Assembly (NCBI RefSeq): GCF_009914755.1
Contig: NC_060928.1
DNA from: the human T2T-CHM13v2.0 reference genome, Homo sapiens
Length of the DNA stretch: 64,000 bases
Strand: one strand, 5' to 3'
Part shown: one piece after another, positions 14,173 to 29,787 of the stretch
Layout of the letters: the number at the start of each line of letters is the position of its first letter
Numbering within the stretch: the stretch's first letter is position 1
Notes under the pieces: generated by a model
Seen by the model: only the letters and a program-made list of their open reading frames with translations
Told to the model about the DNA's origin: nothing
The model's database searches: none
Program-made: the position numbers and the translations under genes

Positions 14173-16826
14173 GTGATTTTAATTATCTTTTAACATGACT
14201 TAGATTTTCTTCCCAAATTCTCTAAAATGAGCATGTATTAACTGGGTAATTGGGGCAAAAACATGCCCAAACAACAACAAAATGGTAAACTCTTGGGAGA
14301 AGTAAAGGAAGCCCATTGGCCGTATTTTGGATGAAGAGAGATCTGGAAGAGAGGAGGGACATCCAAAGGGATTGAACAGGTAGCAGGAAATTTTAGTTCA
14401 TTTTCTCATTTATTTAACTCAATGCAAGGCCCTTGGGATACAGAAATGATGAAGGTAATAAGTAACTTGCTCTCAGGAATTTACACTCTAGTAGGTTAAG
14501 ACATTCAATAAACACATTATAATATTATGTACTGTGATGAGTGCTATGCAGGAAGGAGCTGGGGTGTAATAGAGAGTAATGATATGGGGATACTCCAGAG
14601 AGGATGACTAGGGAAGGCCTGTGTGGATTGGTGATATTTGATGTGGAACTGAATGAGAAGTGGCATTATAAACATTATTAATACAACTCTAAAACTACAC
14701 CATGGGGAAAGAAAATTTTTAGCAACTCATTTATTCCCAGACCTGGGATTAAGACACACATTTCTGGAGACAGAATTCCTTGGCACTACACAGTGTACTC
14801 ACATGAATTATTACTAAAAGATTACCTTTACATTATTTCAAGTCTATGGGAAATTGGACAAGTTTGCAAAAATGGAAATTTTTAAGGGCAAATTCATAAC
14901 ATATCTAGTTAACAGAGACCTTTTCTAAATATATTCTGAAGAAGTAATAAAACACCTTCAATCCATGATCGTTCACAAAAATAAAGACCTTTAAAAATCA
15001 GACTATGCCTTTTTCTGAATGATCTTTTAGCGTAATATTGCTTAGAGGCAATGCAAATGTTGAATGAATAAAAAATAGCTTAGGGGAAGCTGTGATCTCC
15101 TTGTCTTCATTTAGCAACTGCCCAACTCCTTAAAATGAAGACTGAGCATACAGTTTAATGGGGAGAAAAACAAAAAACACCTCAGTCTTGCCAAAGTCAA
15201 CAAAATTTTGTTGGAGTCACCAGACTAGCAAAAGTAATGTCTTCTTACACATTGACAGGCTGTTATGTAAAGAGTGCTAACACAACAGAGTGCCAGTGAG
15301 TTCACAGGGCCTTCTTGCCTTCTCATCAAGGCAGAATGACAAGAAGCAGAAGAAATTACTCAGTAAAAACAAAGGGTCACACTGGAACAGGGAAGGAAAT
15401 ACTGGGAACAAGAGAGTTTTTTGTTTTGCTTTTAAACTAGAAAAGCTTGATACATTCCTAAAGTCTAGCCAGGTAAAAAATTAGAAGCCGAGGGTTAGTA
15501 TGGATGATTTTAGATCACAGTGCTTATAAAACTAGTCCTAAAAAGACTGTAGTTTTTGCTTTAATCTCACATTCCTCTTGTTTCTTTCTCCCTTCTGAAA
15601 ATGTTCTTTAGAAAAAAATTGTTAAAAATGCTTATTAAACAATTTTTATGCTTTAAGCTGATTATGAGTTTGGACTTTAAGAAAGGAAATAAGTAGTAGA
15701 ATGAATTTTTTAAATCCTCAGAAAAATTTCTGTGGAAAAGATGCTTTTTTAGGGGTGGCAGTCCAGGTTGGGTATCAGTGTCTGCCGGTAGGCTTATCGT
15801 AACTGAGAACACTGAGCTGTTCTTAAAAAACATTCCTTAGCTAAATGAACAACTGAAAATGCTGAGCTATTAGAACTTCAAAGATTAATTTCTCCATTAA
15901 TGGCACAAGGCGATAGAGAAAAACAATCAGGCTAAAGAAGCATAATCAAGCTAACCCAACTGGGGCATTTCATCTGATATTCAAAGTCGCTGGGCCAAAA
16001 CTTTGATCTCCTTCAATTTTGTTGGAGAGAGTTTTAGGTCATTTAAAACTGCAGGAAACTTCTGTCTGTGGAACTCAGAATTGTATTCTGATATATATAT
16101 ATATAGTTTTCTTTTAATCCCTTCAGGTAATAGGATACAAAGTGCTATTTCTGGGCACTGTGAGCTGCAGGATGGTTATTTAACGATCAGTGTCGGACAG
16201 TCCCAAAAGGCCTTGGGTATATTTTCAATGTGCTTACTTGATAGCTACAAGTCCATTCAGTTATATTAAACTTGGAGGCAGACCATCTTACTTTGCTAAA
16301 GAACAATGATGCAACAAGAAGTCAGATGGCAAAGACAAGACACATGTGTTCCAAGACAAACCAAATAAGGCAGAGCCACTACAATTAGGATTTGAATAAC
16401 AGAATAACAGAGATGGGGTGGATTTAGCTTAAATACTTCCTTTTAGTAGCCAATTCTGTCAGTAATGGATATATTTTCCAGCTGTATAGCTAAGAATAAA
16501 GAGGTTAGCTTATCATAATGCTGGGTAAAATACATTATCTTTGTCCTTGAAGTTTTCATACAGGCCTAATTTGTACCATCTTCATACATGCTCATCAAGA
16601 TTATTCCATGGTGTGGGACTTTCTGCATTAGAGACTACAAATCAGATTATTACAACTATTGTTGTCACCAATGTCATTGGCAAAAACATCACCATAATAT
16701 GAAGAGGTATATATTATACAGAGCTTCTGCCCACAATTATTTAGTTCCTGTTAGATCTGAGGCATTGTTTTAGGCCCATTAAAAACATTTTCTCTATTCC
16801 TTACAATTGTGCCTGCAAAGTAAGTA

Positions 16827-17119
16827 CAGTTGTGTTTGTGAGTTTCTCATCCACAAATTCAACCAACCATGGATGAAACATTAAAAAAAAACACAACAAA
16901 AAATAATACAAATAAAAAACAATACAACTATTTACGTAGGATTTACATTATATTAGGTATTATAAGTAATCTAGAGATTATTTAAAGTATGCAGGAGGAT
17001 GTGCATTGGTTATATGCAAATACTATGCCATTTTAGATAAGAGACTGGAGCATCCTTGAATTTTGTATCTGCTGGAGGTCCTGGAACCAATCCCCCACAA
17101 ATACCTAGAAATGGTTGTG
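16827..17119. mobile_element. MER2 (TcMar-Tigger)
   Basis: tacagttg...attcaaccaaccatggat...ggtattataagtaatctagag...ggtcctggaaccaatccccc. Confidence 0.82.
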
Positions 17120-18249
17120 TTATTAGTCACATTTAATACTTGAGGAAACACAGTTTGTGTAACTTACCCAAAAGTTACAAATGTATAAGTGGTAGAACTA
17201 AGACTCCAATAACACCTTCTTTGACTTCAAAACCCAAACTCCATCACAATCACTGTTTTTCCAAATTTTATACTGATTTTCCTTCAGAATTAATGAATGG
17301 AGTGGTTTTTCTGGCCAATGTCACTTACTTGGAAGCAAACCTCTTCTTCCTTTCTTTGCAGTAAGATTGTATCTACTGAATATTTACCATTTACCATTTT
17401 TCAGTTCCATGGCCTTCTAACTAAGGAGAGTAAAACAGACAAATCATGGTAGAGGAGCCAAAAGCATCTTCACTGTTGAAGATAACAAACCAGGCACTCA
17501 CCATACCTTTAACCCTAGTACTTGGAAATCTAGTGAGATTAGTTCCATGCACAAGTCCCATCTAAGTTTTCCACATCTTGGTCTGCAGACGAACTGTTAA
17601 CATGGAACAGTGACCTGGCTATGTCACAATAGCCAGCTCTCTCCAGGTATGAGGCACTTCACATTGATTACCTTGTTTAGTCAACACACCAACTCACGAG
17701 TTTTGTGCTGTTGCTATTACCCTCCTCGTATTACAAATAAGTGACTCACGCAGGGTCATTCATGTATTTATTGGTAAAACAGGGATTAGAACTGATGACT
17801 TCTGACATCAAAATACTGTAATTGTTTATATGATACTTAGTAAATCTTAGGTTAGTTTTTTCAAGTGTTTTGACACTGTGATATATTGTAATTCTCATTC
17901 TAAGTAATTTGTAATTAAAATAGATAAAATATTGACATTTTGAAATAGTTTACCTTTTTTGTTAGCTAGAGAACATGCAATGATTTCTTTTAAATACCAT
18001 CACTCTCTACTGTTTGCATTCAAATACATCTTCTTTTGTATAAGAGCAATGTGTGAATAGCAACCAACATGCAGGAAATTGAACGTGAGGATAACCATGT
18101 TTGTTATCCACTGGGCTGTTTTATCTGTTTCCTAGCTTATCTGGCTAAAAACCTATCTTGGTTCTTCAAAGCTGTCTAGAGACTTCCCACCACCTAGATG
18201 ACCTAACACAAGTCTGTCATTACACAAAGCAGAGTGCAGTAAAGTTTTG

Positions 18250-18500
18250 CTAAAAGCATGGGAGTAAGGAACAGACTGGTTGAAAGCACAGATTTCTAGA
18301 GTTGAATTTAGGCCTCTACCACTTACCAGCTCTGTTATATTAGGTGAGTTATTTACCCGCTCCAAGCCTTGATTTTCTCGTTGAAGAAACAGGGATAATA
18401 ATAATATCTAACTCACAGACTTGTTGTGAGGATTAAATAAGATAAAGTAGAAGGTTTAGCACACTGCCTAGCTTGCAGTAAGTGTTCAATAATGTTATCT
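18250..18500 (+). mobile_element. MIR
   Basis: ctctaccacttaccagctctg...gttgtgaggattaaataagata...gtaagtgttcaataatgtta. Confidence 0.75.
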
Positions 18501-20439
18501 GCATGAAATTGTCCTTCATCCCCCTCCACCTGGACGCAGTAAAGTCTAGTTAGATGGTAACCACATAAAACAGGGGTTATATCTTTGCTTTCAGGGTGAG
18601 CTAAGTAAACCTGGGCCATATAAATGGATATGTAACATTTGATTTATTTTATTAGCAATGCCACGTTATAAGGAGAAGAGGGAAAATACAGTCAATAAGT
18701 AATTCTAGGAGGCTTAATGAAATATTTATTCTTTTCCACGTGACCTTGTAAACTAGTGAGCATGATTTTTAATTCTTATTAAAAACAAGGCTGCGTCCAA
18801 CATGATGAAGAATTTGTATGTTGAGAAGCCTTTAATCATTCTCTGCTAGTTGTTGATTTTTTAAAAACAAATCAGTAACATAACAGAAATTGGTGCATTT
18901 TGAAATCTTACAGAATTTGTTTTCTTCTTATATGTGACTTGAAAACAGCTTAGGCAATCTGCACAGAGTTAAGAAAAACATCCACACAGATGCAGACGGA
19001 CTTGGGGATAGCACCAAGTAAAAGAAACTGAGAGTGCTTGTAGACTGCATAGTAGGAAATATCAGGACTAGAGCAAGGTCCTGATTCAGAGGGAGCTTTC
19101 AATGAGGATGTCATTAGATATTACCTGCTGTGGTGTGGCAGCACTACAGACTCACTCATTTTCTTGATATGTTGTTCTGTAGTATGATAAAATATTGATG
19201 ATATCTCTAGGTTAAGTTCTATCTTCAACAAGTGCTACACAGGTTGCTCATATTTGATAATATTCTACAAGTATTTTTGTCTCAGTCATATCCCTTATAC
19301 TTGCTGCAATAGAGCAGCAAAGATTTCTCTTCTCACAGGTGAAGGGTTCCAGATTATGCCCTCAATGTTTTTTTATGTGCAGTCTTCTCTCCCCAATTTC
19401 TTTCGTGCCTACCACTTTGCCACTTGAGTGTCCAGCGCAGCCCTGTCTAATGAATTGGCTGAATGCCTTATTTATTGCCTGTTGTTATTCTTGTTTCCAG
19501 CAGGAGGAATATAATGATTAAGCTGGCAATAAGCCTTCCTTCTTTGACATGTTAAACACAAAAAGGACTTTAGAAACAGTAAAAAGATGTGAAAACTTAG
19601 AAATAATAAAATTGGAGACAGTAATTTTGTTTCTATTATTCTAAAAAAATCAGAGAAGGCAAATAAAGTGAATGGGAAAAGCTATTACACAAATTCTGTT
19701 TCTGAAGAGGAAGAGAGTGTGATGAAGTAAAACAAATACACAAACTAACAAAAACCAAAAACTGAATTTTGGTGGAAAAATTTGGGTCCTGGTTTTAATC
19801 TTGCCAACCACTAGCTGGATAATTTGAGATAAGTTATTGAACTTTCATAGAATGTAATTTTCTTGTGAGTAAAATTAGAGGATTCTTACAGATATTCTGA
19901 AAGGCCTTTTACAACCCTTTGTTGTTCTAAGATGAATAAAAGCCAACATCCCCAGTGGCAATTTACTGAGAGATGATCATGAACCTATCTCTGTAAATCA
20001 ATGCTATAGTATTAAAAAATGGTTTAATTCTACCCAGAGGATTTTAAGATGAATGGACATGAAATAAATGGAGGCATTTCAGACCAAAAAAAGGCAACAG
20101 TGGGTTCTAAATTATTATAAAAATCTAGATAAGTAACTTAGCAATAAAAGCAAGCAACAGAACAAAAATTAAATATTTAAAACCCAAAGAACTATTGGTG
20201 AAACTTCTTTGAATTCTTCAGAAGACTTTATTTATATTAATTTTTAACACTGGAAGTTTTCCTTTGTAAAGGATGATATCAACTTTCATTTTTGGATTTA
20301 GTGGAGTAATTGTTATCAGACTTTTTCTTCTACTGTAAATAGCTTAAAAATTCAACAGAATACATGAAATAGCTGTTGTTAAACATTGGACAATAGGCAG
20401 TACAGTAACATGGTCCCTGAGAGAAGGGAAGCAAGCTGA

Positions 20440-21280
20440 TTCTTACAATCACATTATATGAACTTACAGGAAATAACTGTGAAATATACATACTTTCCAA
20501 GTGCATATGGAAAATCACCAATATACACAATATGTTGGTCATAAAATAATTACAATAAATTGCAAAGGATAGAAATCATATACAGTCTGTTTGCTGATCA
20601 GAATAGAAATGTTAGAAATTAATAGCAAAAGATATCTAAAATATCACCAAATCTTGATAAATTAAATAACACATTTCTAAATAATCCATGGGTTAAAGAA
20701 GAAATCATGTTAGAATAAAAAGTATTTTGATATCACATCAAAATTTATGCCATAAAATTTAGATAGCCTGGACAATCTTTTGAAGATACAAGTCACCAGC
20801 ATTGAGCACAAGAAAAAACAGAAAATTGAACAGTCTTAATATCTGTTATGGAAATTGAATCCACAATTAAAAGCCTCTCCAAGGAAAAAACTTCAGGCTG
20901 GTGAATTCTAGTGGATACCACCAGTTTTCCAAAATGTTTGTGCTAATTTATACTCCTGTCATCAGGAGTTATTTGTTCCACATCCTCACCAATATTTGGT
21001 ATTGTCAGTCTTTTTTATTTTAGCCATTCTGATGGCTGTACAGTGGTATCACAATGTGGTTTCAATTTACATTTCTATGGTGACTAATAAAGTTCAACTC
21101 CTTTTTGTATGTGTATTGGCTATTTGAATATCCTATTTTGTGAAGAACTTGGTCTTTACTCATTCTTCTATTAGATTGTCTACTTTTAAAATAGATTTTT
21201 GGAGTTTTTTAAAAAACGTTCTAGTTATTGACCTTTTTCAGGTGTATGTTTTGTGACTATCATCTCTTACTCTGTTGGCA
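20440..21280. mobile_element. Two old L1 ORF2 fragments in opposite orientation (+ to ~20905, - from ~20915)
   Basis: aaattaaataacacatttctaaataatccatgggttaaagaagaaatca (+); cacatcctcaccaatatttggtattgtcag...ttttagccattctga (-). Confidence 0.7.
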
Positions 21281-21807
21281 CAATATAGTTTGAATAAAAT
21301 ATCATCTTATAACTGTATGCATATGTGTTACATGGCCTTAATACCAAATTTACAAAAGCTAATGTGTTGTTAAGTATATTATAAACAGAAATGTATCATG
21401 TATTTTCTCTGTCCAGTTGTATGACCTTTTCCAAAGAAAACAGCATGTCATCTTGACTGAAACAGGAAGCCCACATTGAGGAAGCAAAGCTTTTCCTAAA
21501 AAGTTGCTTTTTATGATGAAGCACACCAAAACTAAAGGCATATTCATTTAAATGAGCTTCCACATTTGTAGGCTTTCTCAGCATGGGTAGAAAAAGAGGA
21601 ATGAAGTGTTTTATTGTGTTTTTTTTTTCCTTGATTCCCATTCCCTATATTGCTACTGACAAAACAGCTAAATCTGAGATGACTCACTGAACTTCTCTGT
21701 GTTTGTTTCCTCTTTGGTGAAAAGAAGTTATGAAAAATGATATAAGCATTTTGTAAATTGTTGTCTGCAAGATCTAGAGAAGTAGTTTATGAAAAATATC
21801 AGTACTC

Positions 21808-22142
<335 letters not shown>

Positions 22143-22153
22143 TTAAGAAAGCA

Positions 22154-22815
22154 TGTCAACATAAATACTCAAACTCTGAAAAATATTTGAAGAGATTTAT
22201 TCTGAACCAAATATGAGTGACCCTAGCCCATGACACAGCCCTCAGGAGATCCTGAGAACATGTGCCCAAGGTGGCTGCCCTACAACTTGGCTTTATAAAT
22301 TTTAGGGAGACATAAGACATCAATCAATAAATGTAAGATGTACATTGGTTCAATCCAGAAAGGCAAGACAACTGGAAGTGGGGAGGCTTCCAGGTCATAT
22401 CTAGATGCAAAGATTTCCTGATTGGCAATTGGTTGAAAGAGTTAAGTTATTTTCTAAAGACTTAGAATCAATAGAAGGGAGGGTCCGGGTTAAGGTAAGG
22501 GGTTGTGGAGACCAAGGTGCTATCATGCAGATGAAGCCTCCAGGTAGCAGGCTTCAGAGAGAATAGATTGTAAATGTTTCTTATCAGATTTAAAGAGTGT
22601 GTTCTATCAGTCTTAGAGTCTGTGTTGATGTTAATGCTGGTCAGCTTTTCCTGAATTTCAAAATGGAGGAGGATATAATGAGGCAGGTCTGCCTCACCCC
22701 CTTCCCATCATGGCCTAAACTAGTTTTGAAGGTTAACTTTGGAATGCCCTTGGATGAGAGGAGAGGTCCATTCTAATGGTCAGGGGGGCTTAGAATTTTA
22801 TTTTTGGTTTATACA
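22154..22815 (-). mobile_element. MER4-group (ERV1) solo LTR, MER4A-like, ~660 bp
   Basis: Reverse complement begins TGTATAAACCAAAAATAAAATTCTAAGCCCCC; contains ccatgacacagccctcaggag..cctgagaacatgtgcccaaggtg. Confidence 0.85.
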
Positions 22816-23354
22816 TGGAAGACGACCACTAATAACACTTAAAAATTATTCCTATTATTGTGAGATAATCTGTTGTTTAGAAATAATATCCCTTAAAAGA
22901 TAACACAGTAATGCTCACTGGAAGCCTGGGCACATGATGTTGACTTTGCACAGTTACGCAGATGTAGAATTTATCAAATAATCATTATGTTGATGTGTGT
23001 CATTTATTAGTGATTGCTTGTCTGAGTTATATATACCTGCTTTGATAATTTCAACACATATTTTTGTTATTTTGTTCATTTCAGCCTTTAGAAAATAAAA
23101 TTACTTAATTTCTTATTTTTAGGTTCTGTGTTAAAGAGTCCCTTTTTGACCACATCTAGCGGTAATTATTCTGAGATTTTAAAATTTTTACTGTTTATTT
23201 TTTACTGTTTATTTTCATCTGATTGTACGCAGTGCTGCACATGTGCCATTAATATATTACACTTCTAAAGGGTGTTATGAGATCAAGGAAATTTTGGAGG
23301 CTTAAGATATACGCATACTATAGTTCATTCCAATTCTAAAAAGTTATCTTTCCT

Positions 23355-24080
<726 letters not shown>

Positions 24081-24494
24081 TCTATGGCAACCTTCTAAAG
24101 ATGCACTATTGCTTCTGTATCATTCCATGTTTTGCTGCTGAGCTGCAGGATGACTTTAACGGTCTGGGAGAGGGAATGCGATGTGGCAGAGGTTTAGATT
24201 GGAAGTGCACTACCACGTTGACAGAGTAAACTGTTGAGGTCTACGTAAAGGTAACCTTGATCAGACTGCCACAAAAAGTATGAAGGCATATTTCAATTCA
24301 TTCTCATTTGTCGGTGAATTCATACCACTCATGTTATTAATAGTACTTACAAGTTGTATGGTTTTAAAATATCTTCTACTTATTTCTCTGTAAGAGGATT
24401 TTATATCTATGTTGTAAGTCCTATGGGTATCATTTCTACAGGATATATTTAAATGTATAATTTCTTCTCCATAGCACATATTGTGTTGTGTATG

Positions 24495-24551
24495 TTAGGT
24501 TGGTGCAAAAGGAAATTCCTGTTGCACCAAATTACTTTTGCACCAACCTAA
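24495..24551. mobile_element. Internally deleted MADE1 (Hsmar1-derived MITE)
   Basis: TIRs TTAGGTTGGTGCAAAAG ... CTTTTGCACCAACCTAA; 57 bp versus the ~80-bp consensus. Confidence 0.88.
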
Positions 24552-24564
24552 CAAATCATACATG

Positions 24565-24882
24565 GGCCAGATGTAGTGGTTCATGCCTGTAATCCCAACA
24601 CTTTGGGAGGCTGAGGGGGGGCAGACCACTTGAGCCCAGGAGTTTAAGACCTGCCTGGGCAACATGGCAAAACCCTGTCTCTACAAAAAAATACAAAAAT
24701 TAGACGGGTGTCGTGGTGTGTGCCTGTAGTCCCAGCTACTCAGGAGGCTGAAGTGGGAGGATCGCTTGAGCCCGGGAGTTCAAGCCTACAGTGACTCCTT
24801 ATCATGCCACCACACCCTAGCCTGGGTGGCAGAGTGAGACCTGGTCTCAAAATTAAATTAAATTAATAAAAATGAAAATAAA
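24565..24882 (+). mobile_element. AluJ
   Basis: J diagnostics cttgagcccaggagtt, gggaggatcgcttgagccc, gagtgagacct. Confidence 0.92.
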
Positions 24883-27241
24883 CCACACATGGTCCTGTGA
24901 GTCCAAGAGAACAACATGAATGTTGATGATGTTGATACTCTCCGTGGTGACAGCATGACTGCTTTCATGATCAAGAAGTTTTCTTTGGCTTTATTGCTAT
25001 ATTTGTTGATTTTTGTGGCCCCAAAACTAAGTCTTTAAGGCTCAAAGAATCGGTTTTGGCTCATATTTCTTTATTTAAAACACTATTTTAACTTAGAGGT
25101 TCAAAAATTTTAAATTTTTGAAAGATGCTTCTTGTCAAAATGCACATAAAATTTTTATATTGGTTGGTACTGGCTCATAAACTTTTTGTAAGTTAATCTT
25201 AGATGGAGCAGATACATAAGGATAAAAAAGGATTTGAGGATTGATTCTCAAACCTATCTGTAGATCATGTATCCATGTACCCATGTATCTATCTCTGTGT
25301 CTAATCTACCATCCATCTCCAGACACAACTAAATAAGAACTTGTTATAATATTAGCTAAAATCAATATGAGGGAGGGATAAAACAAAAATAATTAAAACC
25401 TAATGGATTCTTTTTCTATTTAGACTTCCGTATAATTATGAATAGAAAATAGTAACTATACATTTATGCAACTCTGAAATAGTTTTTCAGTTGAGGTCCT
25501 TAATTTTTAAAAACTACGTGAAATTTTGTTGTGAATTTCACATCGAAGATTCTGGATTCACACACATTTTAGGTGCTCATACCTTTATTACAGCTAATAT
25601 ATATATTTCACATTTTTTTCTACTTGATCTAGTCATATCTAGGAGAGGTATGTTGAAGTCACTCAGCAGGATGTAGTGTCAATTTCTCTTTTTATTACTC
25701 ACGCTTTTTTTCTTTAATCAAGTTGACACTTAATTTTCACCCTTTTTGCTTTATACATTTTGATGTTGTTTGATCCACAAATTGGATGCATAAATCTTTT
25801 TGATTGGTTGTAAATTTTTAGCAACATAAAATACTTCTTTTGTTTAGTTAACACTTTGTCCCTTTGAATTCTATGTTGTATCTTTATTATTGCCACTTTT
25901 ATTTGTTTCTTGGCAGAAATCTCTGGATATAATTATTTCTTTATTTTCAACCTTTTGGTGTCATTTTGAACTAAATGCATCTCTTGTAAATAGAATATAG
26001 ATAAGTCCCATTCCTTAAAATGAGCCCTTATCCCTTCATATTTATTTGTGATTACTAATATTTTAATTTTCTTCTTGCCATTTTAAACATGCTTTTCATT
26101 TATTATGTTCATTTTTTTTTTCCATCACCTTTTATAGTATTTGCAGATTTGTTTTCTTTTGTTTATTTACTCTGTCTTTAGGGACTTGGAAAGTGTCATT
26201 TGTATTGGTCTGTAGTACTTCTAGATTTGGGGTTCCTGGATCCTGGTGCCCCTTCTTTGGATTCTTTAGGAAAATTCTTCCTTCATTCCATGTGGTGCTC
26301 TCAGTCCAATACCTCCAACATCACAGAGATGGGCAGCTGAGTCAAGCTGGCTGGTCAGGGCAGCTCCCTTGTCTGGTCATAGAGATTGGATCAAGAATGA
26401 GGTCACTGATAGAGCCTTCTCTGAGATCAAAGTGCCTGTAACCTCCTCTACAATAAGGCATAACTTTTGGTGTATTTTTAGCCCCCTAAAATCCCATGTT
26501 TTGTTGAAATCCTTTTGAATTTAAATTACATTTTTGAGGTTTTCATATTATGCTTATTTTATTATAATGATATTTAAACAATTCTTCATTAAGCTTTACT
26601 CATATTTACTCATATTAACCATTATATATATGTACTATATGTATTTATATGTATCAGTAAATTTACTGGGTTTTTTTTTGCTCAATATTATTTTTATCTT
26701 TCGTATCTTCTATATTTTAGATAATTATTTGTAGGATTATCTTACAGTTTTTCAGAAAGATTGAATTAAGCAGTAAAGTTTCTGAATACTTAGTTGAGCA
26801 AAAAAGTTCTCATTTGTTGTCATGTTTTAATGACAATTTGCCTTTTATGAAATTTTAGGTTTAAAATCCCCTTCTTTTATAATTTTGTAGAAATTATTCC
26901 ATGCCTTTTGCATCCCACAATAAAGATGAAAAGTATAAATCCATCTGAGTCTTGATCATTTAGGGCTTTTTAAAAATAGTAGACTTATTCCTGGAGCTGG
27001 GAAATCTTATCTGAATATTCTTAAGTGTGTCCTTTTCCATTATTCCTGCTTGGGATTAAATCTAAAGACTCTGTTATACCTTGGCTCAAAGAAAATGTCT
27101 TTATATTTATTTTTTATTATTCTAAAAACTATTTTAAATAATTCAAGTTTTACATGAATACATATTTACTGTAAAAGTTTAAATACAGCAGTACACAGAA
27201 TAAAAGCTTACAGTCCCTTCATGCTTCCTTTAATCTCCCAA

Positions 27242-27991
<750 letters not shown>

Positions 27992-28195
27992 TCACTGGCT
28001 GTAGGTGAAGTCCTTGGCGCAAGTTACAATTGTTAAAACTCTCATTGATGGTGAATGGGAATGGTATACGGAGTGGAAGGGAATATACTAGATAGTGTGA
28101 TTTATCAGGCATTTGAGAAATACGAGAGAAATGGCAACTGTAAGGGCAATGGTATTGGAATGGCTACTGCTAAAAGCCATTGACAGCCTAGATTA

Positions 28196-28360
28196 ATGCT
28201 TTTCAAAGCACAGCAGCTACTGGGAACTTGTGAAAAATACAAATTCTGGAGCCCGACCATAGATCTGCAGAATATGAAACTATGAAGATGGGGGCCAGCA
28301 AGCTACATTTAAATAAATACTTTCATATGATTCTCATGTTAAAGTTCCAGAACAGCTGTC
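28196..28360. mobile_element. MER5-type hAT-Charlie element nested in ERV-L
   Basis: ctgggaacttgtgaaaaatacaaattctggagccc...gaatatgaaact...atgattctcatg..aaagttccagaacagctg. Confidence 0.65.
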
Positions 28361-29787
28361 ATAGAAAAAGATAAGGAAAAGCTGCAGGCAATTTACAGGC
28401 AATTGGAAGCCAAGTATGAGCGCCAGGGTCCTCCCTCAGCTTACAAAGAGGATCTCTCCTCCCGTGGTTGCGCAGAGAAAGCTGTGGACCTGGTCCAGGG
28501 AGATAAGGAGCTGAGATCCTGAGAATGCCATTCAAGGTAGATCTATTATGCCAAGGTCAGGGCCTTGAGATGGGGATTTCTGAACAGCTATTACCCCAGA
28601 TTTTGAACCCCCAAATCCTCTGAATCCTCTTATCTTGCAGAATTAGCTTACCCCATCACTTTTAAAGTTAGTGCTTCTGGCTTGCCAAAAGACAATTTAC
28701 AGCCCTCTCTGAGGCCAGACAACATGTTCCCTCGGGGTCTGTTTTCACATCCCTTCCTGGTCATTAGGTCTATATCTTGAATTAAGTCACCCACAGTTGG
28801 GCCTGATAAGGGAGGAGAGAGACAATACCCCAAAGGAGCTGTAAATCTGGCCAGCATATACTTGCAGGAGTTGCTGCTCAAGGGATTGGATCTGAGGGTG
28901 CTGGATCAGTGGGTAGAGACAGAAGATTGAATAGTGGGGAGTTTATTGATTTGAGAATATGCACCTGAGACATAGGGTTTAATGGGGCAAAGTCCCTAGG
29001 GGATGATATGGACTTGCTAGTAGGATGGCTTCTGAAAGTGTAGAAAAAGTGATGGCCCACCCACAAATGATGTGAACTTGAAATGCCAGCTTGTTGTGGG
29101 AGACAGTGGAGGAAGGAATGCAAAGACCCAAGGAAATGGGAGTGAGAAAGTGGATATACGATATGAGGACAGAATACCCTCTACAGGATCATGTTCCTCA
29201 GGCACACCCAGAGGACACCCCCCCTACCAAGGGACATGCTGGTGAGAGGACACCAACAACACTAAAATCTTTCAGTGGTGCCTCTCCTCTGTCAACCAGG
29301 CCTGATGGGCAGAGAGACTATTACAGAGCTAGGCTGACAGGAACCCAAAACAATAGAGGCCAGGTGGCAGCACTTAACTGCTAGAAGCCAGGTGGATGCA
29401 ATTATTGTAATGAGCCACAGGGTTGGAATGACAGCCAAGGGGACCTGACCTAAAGAGGGTTATGTAGATGGTTAATTGAACAGGTGCCCTAAGGGCAAAA
29501 TAGATGAGAGCCAACTGGGTACTCTGTACCATCATAACAAATTGAGAATGAATGACCAGAAGGCTGAGAGCAATTGCCACAATAAAAAGCCATAATACTT
29601 TGTGCAAATCCAGACTAACCTAAACCAGTTATTAGGCCTGGAGCACACTGACTGAAGAGGAGGCTGGGTTCACAGGAAGAAGGCCCTTGCGACACCATGA
29701 CAATTAGCCTAGTAATAAGTCTCCTAATCCTTCTCCAAAGACATGTAGCCATTTACTCAAGTAATTGTACTCTTGGGAGACAGGAGT

